From Candidatus Eiseniibacteriota bacterium (lineage in GTDB: Bacteria; Eisenbacteria; RBG-16-71-46): a stretch of DNA of 64,000 bases. Shown piece after piece: positions 1-7,183 of the stretch; position 1 is the stretch's first letter, and every line of letters starts with the position of its first letter. Where the stretch lies: NCBI GenBank assembly GCA_963717935.1, contig CAVQXP010000004.1, forward strand, positions 1,280,001 through 1,344,000, read 5' to 3'. Position numbers and translations under genes: made by a program. Below the pieces are notes generated by a model, which had not been told where the DNA came from, did no database searches, and saw only the letters and a program-made list of their open reading frames with translations.

Positions 1-140
1 CGCGACATCAGCGCCGGCACCTCGACCTGGAGATCGATCCGGTCCAGCACCGGTCCGCTCACCCGCGCGTGGTGCTGCGCGAGATCGGTCGGCGTGCACT
101 TGCAGCCCCGGCGTGGATGTCCGAGCCAGCCGCACTTGCA
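1..140 (-). pseudogene. comM: Detached 3'-half fragment of comM starting at the CKCG motif; runs off the left edge of the window
   Basis: Minus strand reads CKCGWLGHPRRGCKCTPTDLAQHHARVSGPVLDRIDLQVEVPALMS. By hand alignment it is 111/140 nt and 41/46 aa identical to 5397-5536 of the intact comM. No start codon or 5' half is attached. Confidence 0.92.
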
Positions 141-580
141 CCGTTGCGTTGCCTTTCTGCAATCTCCGCCTTGTTGGCCGCCGACCTCGTGTGTTCCCAA
201 GGGGTTACCCGCAGGCGCCCCGGTCGCTCGGGGAGCGCATACGCCAGCGACGGATGGACCTGGGGCTGACGCAACGAACCCTTGCCGAGCGGCAGGGCTG
301 CTGGCCGGAGACGGTCGCGGCGTGGGAAAGGGGCGAGAGCGAGCCACTGGCCCGGCGGTGGCCAGCGATCGAGGCGGTCCTCGGAACGGGGCTCGTCCTG
401 GAATGGGGCGGCCTCCCGGGGCGGGTCCGGGCCGCCCGGCTCCGGCTGGGACTCACGCAGGAGCAGGTCGCTGCCCGTACCGGGCTCGATCCTCGGACGG
501 TTCGGAACGTCGAGACCGGGCGGCATGGGCCGAGCCGGAGGACTGCCGAGCGGTTGGCGGCGGTCCTCGGCACACTGTGA
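113..580 (+). CDS. XRE-family regulator with two tandem HTH domains (start uncertain)
   Basis: Two Cro/CI-type HTH units: LGERIRQRRMDLGLTQRTLAERQG...WERGESEP and GRVRAARLRLGLTQEQVAARTGLDPRTVRNVETGRHGP. Confidence 0.85.
   Translation: MDVRASRTCTVALPFCNLRLVGRRPRVFPRGYPQAPRSLGERIRQRRMDLGLTQRTLAERQGCWPETVAAWERGESEPLARRWPAIEAVLGTGLVLEWGGLPGRVRAARLRLGLTQEQVAARTGLDPRTVRNVETGRHGPSRRTAERLAAVLGTL
121..140. repeat. 20-bp identical core CCGAGCCAGCCGCACTTGCA (att-like), copy 1
   Basis: Identical to 5517-5536. Homology to comM stops abruptly at position 141. Confidence 0.85.
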
Positions 581-3071
581 GCCCCAGCCCGCCAATGAGG
601 GCGGGACGAGCGTTGCGGCTCGGCTTCGCCGCCCGGAAACTTCCCTTGCCCGCCGTCTGCCATGGGGGTGTACTGTGCAACGGACGCACGCCCCGCCGCG
701 GAAACAAGGACTGCTGACCACCGGACCTCATCTCCGACTCTCTGGCACGGCGGGATCGTGGGGGCCGCCGGCGGGACTCGACTCGCTAATCGAAATGAGT
801 GCGCAAGCGCCCGCTGGCTTGTTGGCGTGCGGAATCACACGTGTTCTGACGATGGGAGGCCCACCCATGACAATCAGACTGGCTGTCTTGGTGCTGGTGT
901 TCGCCGCGTTCCATCCCTTGCCCGTGGTGGCGCGAACTCCGACCAACGATGCGGCCGCCTTCCGCACCTTTGATCTTTACTCGGACCGCGCCGGGGCGGT
1001 AGGGACTCTGGATCACCTCAACTTCTCCTCCTCCTACCCTTCCTACCTGATCAGTCCCGCCTACATGGTGATCCACACGGTCGGAGGCGTTCCCGATACG
1101 GTTGCGCTCCTTCACCTGCAGCCGAACGATGCCACGGGGATGGAGGTGAACGGGAGTACCCCGACGTCCTACGCCGAGTACGCGGTGGTACCGCCAATAC
1201 TCGCCACCTCCATCAGCGTCAGCGTCAACGCCGATGTCGTCTTCGCGGGGCTCGGTCAGTACTACGACTTCCTGAAGCCCCTGGCCACGATCACGGTCAC
1301 CTACGAAGACGCTTCGACGTGGATGGACACGTTGCGCGTGGGCCAACACATCAGGACCTGGCTGAGCGGGAGCATCACCTGTTTGGGGGATCTCTGGTAC
1401 ACCTACAACACGCCGCCGTTCGACCAGTACGCGGTCCCTCTGTATGCCAGCGGGGGCGTGTTCATGGACATGCAAGAGGTCCGGCTCCCGCACGTGCCCA
1501 AGAAGATAGCCCTGATCCGAGTGCAAGCCATCGCGCTCGACCACTTCTGCAGCATCTACAATCCGCACCTCTACGCTGGCTACCATCTCCACGCTGTCTC
1601 GATCTGGCCGACGTTCAACGTCGCAAACGCCTCGTCGCAGCCTGTCGTGTGGCAGTCCCAGTTCACGAACGTGGACCACGGCGGCTACATGTTCGGCGGC
1701 ATCCCCGTCGGCACCCGACGACTGATGAACCAGACCGCGTGTCAGGTCGCATCCCAGGCGATGTGCTACACGTACAGTGGCTTCAATTGCACGCCGACAG
1801 CTCTCAACACGTATCTTCAGCAGAATAGAGGCTACGTGCCAGATCAAGTGGCCATCGTGACGTCCGTCGCACCGGGCGGAGCCTCGATTCGCTATACGGC
1901 TACAGGAAAGACAACTCTGAAGGTCGGCGACAGATTCCTCGTTGAGCACGGCACCTACACGAACCCGCTCGCAACGTACCAGGTGACGGTCGCGGGTCGC
2001 CTTGGCCAAGCATCTCGCGTCGCAACCCACAACGCGGCTGTTCCCTCGGGCGACGATCCCGGTCGTGTGTACTGGAAGATGAAGCCTCGGGTTGCCGACG
2101 GGTTCACCAGCAGCCCACAGCTTCGCTCGATTGACCTCTACGACTCGCCGCAGCTTGCTGCTCAGGTCGAGAGCCTGCTCGTGCGGGACATCGCGGTGCA
2201 ACTGAACGTGCCCGACCACTTCGTCGTCGCGTCGGGCTGGACCTCGTCGTTCCGCCCGGATGGCAGCGCACGAGGGACCTACGCGATCAAGGACCCCTTC
2301 GACGACAGGGACTACACCAAGCTCATCGAAGGGAAGTACGCCAACAAGTTCGCGATGGCCCGCTACGTTGTCCCGACTGGCGCGCTGGAGGTGGCGGGCA
2401 GTGTCGCGGCGCTGAGTGACCCCCCGGGGCTTGGCATCCTCGCCAGTGGCGCTCGCCGCGTCGAGGTCATCGACCCGCTCGGCCGACACATGCTGCGCGA
2501 CGCCAGTACGGGGGAAGGCATCTACGAGATTCCGGACGCCTGCATCGAGGACGTCTCCTCAGAGCACGACAACGGCGGGGACGTGGACGACCCGCTGACC
2601 GGCTACGACATTGAGATTCCGACGACGGTCGATGGGCACTACACGGTGACCGCGTACTCAGACGACGGCCTCTCGCTGAGCGCGAACGGCTACACGTCGT
2701 CGGGCATCTTCGCTTCGGACGGCGCCGTGGACACGACTGCGGCGCCCGTGGGCAATATCTACGACGTGCTCTACTCGGGGTCGGGGCAATCGGTCTCGGT
2801 AAGCCACACCGCCACGCTTGGCGTGAACATCACGTCGCCCCTGTTCGGCCCGAGCCGTCTGCGGGTGCGCCAGAGCCCTGCTACGGGTCCCGTGGAGTTC
2901 GTCATCATTGCCGCGGAGATGACCGCAGACGTCATCGACGTGTTCGACGTTAGTGGTCGCCGTGTGGACGCGGTGCAGGTGGACGGCGGCACAGGCACGC
3001 GGACGATGCTTTGACCCCCAGTTCAGCGAGACACCTCCGCAGGGTACCATTGAGGTCCTGGGAGGGCAGTC

Positions 3072-3446
3072 ATGGAGAACGTGGCCAAGGGTTCCGATGG
3101 GCGCCGACTGTTCACCGCCGAGTTCAAGCGCACGCAGATCGATCGGATCTTGAAGGGGGAGATCACCGCCGCGGAGCTGAGTCGTGAGCTCGGCGTGGCG
3201 CGCACGCTGATCCAGCGCTGGAAGTACTTGGTTACCAAGGGGGCGGAGGCCGCGGTGGGCTCGAACGGCGAGGTCGTCGCCGTGGCCGAGCTGCGGGCGG
3301 CGCAGGGGCGGATCAAGGAACTCGAGCGGCTGGTGGGTAAACAGGCCATGGAGTTGGAGATCCTGCGCGTGGCGCGCGACGAGGTAAAAAAAAGACCGCG
3401 CTACTACGGCGTGTCCGCGAAGCGACCGGAGGGTCGGTCGCGATGA
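3072..3446 (+). CDS. IS3-family transposase OrfA (HTH)
   Basis: RRLFTAEFK...ELSRELGV...LIQRWK and coiled coil IKELERLVGKQAMELEILR, ending at the -1 frameshift motif. Confidence 0.92.
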   Translation: MENVAKGSDGRRLFTAEFKRTQIDRILKGEITAAELSRELGVARTLIQRWKYLVTKGAEAAVGSNGEVVAVAELRAAQGRIKELERLVGKQAMELEILRVARDEVKKRPRYYGVSAKRPEGRSR

Positions 3447-4267
3447 TCTGCCGCACGCTGCACATCGGCCGCGCGACGGCCTACCGCAAGGATCGCCCGC
3501 GACCTCGGCGCTATCGCCGGCAGGAGGACGAAGTGGTGCTGGCCCAACTGCGGCAGATGCTACGCGAGCGCGCCAGCTACGGCTATCGCCGCGCCCGCCG
3601 GATCGTCAATCGCCAGTTCGGCACCACCTACAACCGCAAGCGGATCCAGCGGGTGATGCGCCTCTATGGCCTGGCACTGCCGGTCCGGGGTCGCCGTCGC
3701 CGCGGGCGCCGGCACGAGGGCCAGGTCGAGTGCGTGATCTCGAACCAGCGGTGGTGCTCGGACGTGCTGGAGATCGCGTGCTGGAACGGCGAGGTCGTGC
3801 ACCTGGCGTTCGCGCTCGACTGCTGCGACCGCGAGGTCCCGGCCCACGTCGCGACGCCGTACCCGACGTCGGGGATCGAGATCCGCCGGCTGATCCGCAA
3901 GACCGTCTTCGCGCGCTACGGGAACGAGAAGCCCGCGGTGCCGATCGAGTGGCTCACCGACAATGAGGGGATCTACACCGCACTCGAGACGGTGATCGAG
4001 GCCGAGCGGCACCACCTGGCGCCGATCACGACGCCGGTGGCGAGCCCGGAATCCAACGGCATGGCCGAGGCGTTCGTGAACACCTTCAAGCGCGACTACG
4101 TGGCAGGTGGCGACTTGGCCTCGGCGGCACGCGTGCTGGAGCAGATCCCTGGCTGGATCGAAGACTACAACACCTTCGCGCCGCACTCCTCGCTCGGGAT
4201 GCTGTCCCCGGCCGAGTTCCGACTCGAACAGCAGACAGTTGCAGACACCGGGTGTCTCACGAAATAG
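3443..4267 (+). CDS. IS3-family transposase OrfB (DDE/rve)
   Basis: YGYRR, WCSD, ALDCCDRE, WLTDNE, SPESNGMAEAFVNTFKRDY, HSSLGMLSPAEF, all typical of IS2-group OrfB. Confidence 0.95.
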   Translation: MICRTLHIGRATAYRKDRPRPRRYRRQEDEVVLAQLRQMLRERASYGYRRARRIVNRQFGTTYNRKRIQRVMRLYGLALPVRGRRRRGRRHEGQVECVISNQRWCSDVLEIACWNGEVVHLAFALDCCDREVPAHVATPYPTSGIEIRRLIRKTVFARYGNEKPAVPIEWLTDNEGIYTALETVIEAERHHLAPITTPVASPESNGMAEAFVNTFKRDYVAGGDLASAARVLEQIPGWIEDYNTFAPHSSLGMLSPAEFRLEQQTVADTGCLTK

Positions 4268-4388
4268 GGGTCAAAGCAACGATCACATGGGACTGGCGCA
4301 CAATCGGCACCCGCTCTGGCGTCTACCTCGCCCGGCTGCGCTCTCGGGCCAACGAGACGGCTCGGTTCGTCATCCTCCGTTGACGAAC

Positions 4389-5003
4389 ATGAAGCGAGCG
4401 TTCTACGGGGTAGTGGCCTGCGTGGTCCTGGGCGTGGGAGCATGCGCGTTGCGCTCCAGCGCGCCCTCCAGCACTTCCGGGAAGTTCTTGCAGGTGCTCG
4501 TGAGCATCTACGCCTTCGGTGATGCGCGTGTGGGTGCTGTGCTCATCGACCGCGAGGGCCGCCGAACGGGCTGGAACGTTGATCGACCGATCCGGCAGAT
4601 ACCGGGAGTGTTGAACGGGTACGGCTCCGACGTGGGCATTACTGACGAGAGCACGCCGGCGGATACGACGGAACCACCCCCCGCTGACACGGTACCCGGA
4701 CATCCCGAGCCGACGCCCATTTACTACTACCTCTCGATTCAGGATTCAGCAGGAACACCCGGCCTGCTCCGGGAGGGCGGGTGTGAGCTCCGCCTCGTCC
4801 CCGTTGCGGGAGGTCGCGTCAGCCTCGCGATTACCGGGACGGGGGCCGGATTCAGCCCGTGCCAAGACACGACCTCGTTCACGGTCACACCTGGCGTCCC
4901 CACGCGATGGTGGCTGAGTTGGAGCAAGAGTGGGAACAAGTGCGTCGTGGACCTCTCCAGAATGAACCGGAGCAGGCCGCGACCTCAGTCGCGCGTCAGG
5001 TAG
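4389..5003 (+). CDS. Putative lipoprotein of unknown function
   Basis: ATG 5 nt after the reconstructed stop of the upstream gene. MKRAFYGVVACVVLGVGAC is a basic/hydrophobic/lipobox-like signal. Confidence 0.7.
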   Translation: MKRAFYGVVACVVLGVGACALRSSAPSSTSGKFLQVLVSIYAFGDARVGAVLIDREGRRTGWNVDRPIRQIPGVLNGYGSDVGITDESTPADTTEPPPADTVPGHPEPTPIYYYLSIQDSAGTPGLLREGGCELRLVPVAGGRVSLAITGTGAGFSPCQDTTSFTVTPGVPTRWWLSWSKSGNKCVVDLSRMNRSRPRPQSRVR

Positions 5004-5062
5004 CATCTTTGGGCTTGCGCTTCGCGCAGGCAATGAACGAAAGCCGTGTGTTGCGGGGCTGA

Positions 5063-6577
5063 TTACCGGGCTGCGGCATGCCACCTTACTTCGGTTGCCC
5101 GGTACTGCAACGCCTCCGCCAACGCGCGCACGCTGATGCGCTCCTCGCCTGCCAAGTCCGCGATCGTGCGCGCCACGCGCGTCGCGCGGTGCACGGCCCG
5201 GGCGCTCATCCCGCCGCGGTCCACGGCGTCGGCGACGAGCCGGCGCCCGACCTGATCCAGCGCGCAGCACTCCTCGAGCCGAGCGGGCGGCAGGAGCGCG
5301 TTCAGGCAACCGCGCTCACGCTGATGCGCCCGCGCCGCAAGCACGCGCGCGCGTACCACTGCGCTCGACTCGCCCGGCATCGCCGCCTGCAGCTCGCGTG
5401 ACGTGAGCGCCGGCACCTCAATCTGAATATCAATCCGATCCAACACTGGCCCACTAACTCGCGCGTGATGTTGTGCTATATCAGTCGGAGTGCAGCGGCA
5501 GCCGCGTCGCGGATGCCCGAGCCAGCCGCACTTGCAGGGATTCATCGCCGCCACGAGCAGTGCGCGGGCGGGGAACTCGCTGGCGCCGCTGGCGCGGACG
5601 ATGGTGACCGTGCCGTTCTCGAGCGGCTGGCGCAGGGCGTCGAGCAGGCCGCGCGCGAACTCCGACAACTCGTCGAGGAAGAGCACGCCGTGGTGGGCGA
5701 GCGAGATCTCGCCGGGGCGCGGCGGGGAGCCGCCGCCCACCAGGCCCGCGGGCGAGACCGTGTGGTGCGGTGCGCGGTAGGGGCGGCGCGTCATGAGTCC
5801 CCGCCCGGGGCGGCGCAGCCCGGCGGCGGAGTGCAGGCGCGTGACCACCAGCGCCTCGTCGGGCTCGAGCGGCGGGAGGATGCCGGGCAGGCGCCTGGCG
5901 AGCATGGACTTGCCCGCGCCGGGCGGGCCGATGTAGAGCAGGTGGTGCCCGCCGGCAGCGGCGATCTCGAGCGCCCGGCGCGCCACGGCCTGCCCGCGCA
6001 CCTCGCCGAGGTCCTCGCTCGTGGCGGGCTCCGGGTCCGGCGGCGCCGGGGCCTGGCGGGGCGACTCCGCGCCGCGCAGCCACTCGACCGCCTCGTGCAG
6101 GGTGCCCACGGCGTGCACGACGAGGCCCTCGACGAGCGCGGCCTCCGGGGCGCAGGCGGAGGCGCACAGCAGGCTCGTTACGCCCGCGCGCCACAGCGCC
6201 TCGGCCAGGGGCAGGGTGCCCCGCACGCCGCGCAGGCGGCCGTCGAGCGCGATCTCGCCCAGCGCGGCCGCGTCTTCGAGACGCTCGCGCGGGGCCTGGC
6301 CGGTGGCGACCAGCACGCCGAGGGCGACGGCGAGGTCGGCCGAGGCGCCTTCCTTGCGGCGCTCGGCGGGCGCGAGGTTCACGGTGACCTTGCGGTCGGG
6401 GAGCTGGAAGCCCGCGTTGCGCAGCGCGGGCCAGACCCGGTCGCGCGCCTCGCGGCCGGTGGCGTCGGGGAGCCCGACGAGGACGAAGCCGGGCAGGCCG
6501 GGCCCGACATCCACCTCGCACTCGACCGGGAGCGCCTCCAGGCCCCAGAGGGCGGCCGTCCGCACGCGGCTCAGCAT
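5063..6577 (-). CDS. comM: ComM / YifB family Mg-chelatase-like AAA+ ATPase (intact, 504 aa)
   Basis: [10 protein letters not shown]..., VGLPD, VNLAPA, Walker A GPPGAGKS, RAPHH, PGEISLAHHGVLFLDE, AAMNPCKCG, SGPVLDRID, EALQYR. Confidence 0.96.
   Translation of the reverse strand: MLSRVRTAALWGLEALPVECEVDVGPGLPGFVLVGLPDATGREARDRVWPALRNAGFQLPDRKVTVNLAPAERRKEGASADLAVALGVLVATGQAPRERLEDAAALGEIALDGRLRGVRGTLPLAEALWRAGVTSLLCASACAPEAALVEGLVVHAVGTLHEAVEWLRGAESPRQAPAPPDPEPATSEDLGEVRGQAVARRALEIAAAGGHHLLYIGPPGAGKSMLARRLPGILPPLEPDEALVVTRLHSAAGLRRPGRGLMTRRPYRAPHHTVSPAGLVGGGSPPRPGEISLAHHGVLFLDELSEFARGLLDALRQPLENGTVTIVRASGASEFPARALLVAAMNPCKCGWLGHPRRGCRCTPTDIAQHHARVSGPVLDRIDIQIEVPALTSRELQAAMPGESSAVVRARVLAARAHQRERGCLNALLPPARLEECCALDQVGRRLVADAVDRGGMSARAVHRATRVARTIADLAGEERISVRALAEALQYRATEVRWHAAAR
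5517..5536. repeat. 20-bp identical core (att-like), copy 2, inside intact comM at codons 348-354
   Basis: Identical to 121-140. Confidence 0.85.
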
Positions 6578-6640
6578 GGGCCTGCTCCCGGGGAGGCGGG
6601 TCGCGGGGGTGACGCCCGGAGCAACGCAAGCACCGCGCCA
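6440..6640. repeat. 201-bp direct repeat copy 1 (comM codons 1-46 plus 63 bp upstream)
   Basis: Matches 10811-11011 at 200/201 positions (A6632 vs G11003). Confidence 0.95.
6626..6640 (-). promoter_or_regulatory. sigma54 (-24/-12) promoter of comM
   Basis: Minus strand TGGCGCGGTGCTTGC fits TGGC-N7-TTGC with GG-N10-GC spacing, 49 nt above the ATG. Confidence 0.7.
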
Positions 6641-6868
6641 ACCCCAGGAACGCAACGGGCTCTCAATCCCGCGCGCCGGTTCGACCCTCCAGCGTGAGCT
6701 ACAGCACGCTCCGGGGCCACGCAGACCCTCGCGGCCAGGACCAGCCTCTCGATAAGCCACGCCCCCAAAAATACCCAATGGTCGACCTCTTCTTCGGATT
6801 GCCCCGAGGACAATCACGCAGTGCTTGCGGTAGCAGGGCTCGGCCGGGCACGTGCGTATATCTTTCCC

Positions 6869-6896
6869 TTGACACTGACCTGGCGAGGAATATCTT
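6869..6896 (+). promoter_or_regulatory. sigma70-type promoter upstream of the S8 peptidase
   Basis: TTGACA-16 nt-TATCTT. Confidence 0.55.
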
Positions 6897-7183
6897 CCGC
6901 ACAGGTTCTCAGGGGAACCCAAAGCAAGGGTTCACGTGACCTTGCCTAGGAGGGTTGTGATTGGTGCAACGCCTCTCTCGATTCGTGAGGCAACCGAATC
7001 GCTCCATAGTTCCAGACTACATTCTAACTGAGCGGCAGAACGCACCTCGTGACACGCGACTCACCCGTCTCCTGTCCATTCATCGTCCAATGGAGGAAGG
7101 ATGAGGAAGTAGCATGGGCCGCATCATGACCACACTACCCGGAAGTTTTCTGCGTCTCAGCAAGCCGCCCTGTGGAGGGTTCT

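Larger units (their letters stand above)
3007..4278 (+). mobile_element. IS3-family insertion sequence (IS2-like), 1272 bp, 4-bp target duplication ACGA
   Basis: Imperfect terminal IRs TGCTTTGACCCCCAGTTCAGCGAGACACC (3007-3035) and GGTGTCTCACGAAATAGGGGTCAAAGCA (4251-4278). ACGA at 3003-3006 and 4279-4282. orfA/orfB arrangement with an A8G slippery site at 3386-3394. Confidence 0.95.
867..4383 (+). pseudogene. Large secreted protein with C39-like cysteine peptidase domain and FlgD/T9SS-like C-terminal domain, interrupted by an IS (746 aa when reconstructed)
   Basis: GGAGG RBS then ATG867 and signal peptide MTIRLAVLVLVFAAF. Peptidase-like motifs TACQVASQAMC..TPTALNTYL, DHFVV and IKDP. Removing the IS plus one TSD restores ...GTGTRTITWDWRTIGTRSGVYLARLRSRANETARFVILR* (stop 4381-4383). 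Confidence 0.82.
141..5536. mobile_element. Putative comM-integrated cassette A (tandem-HTH gene, secreted cargo, replacement comM 3' end); no recombinase
   Basis: Bounded by two copies of the comM CKCG site. The cargo has visibly more A/T-ending codons than the core genes. Element status is inferred. Confidence 0.65.

Noticed and set aside
1..5536. comM duplicate pair as a diversity-generating retroelement TR/VR
   Set aside because: Differences are mostly synonymous third-position changes, not adenine-specific, and no reverse transcriptase is present.
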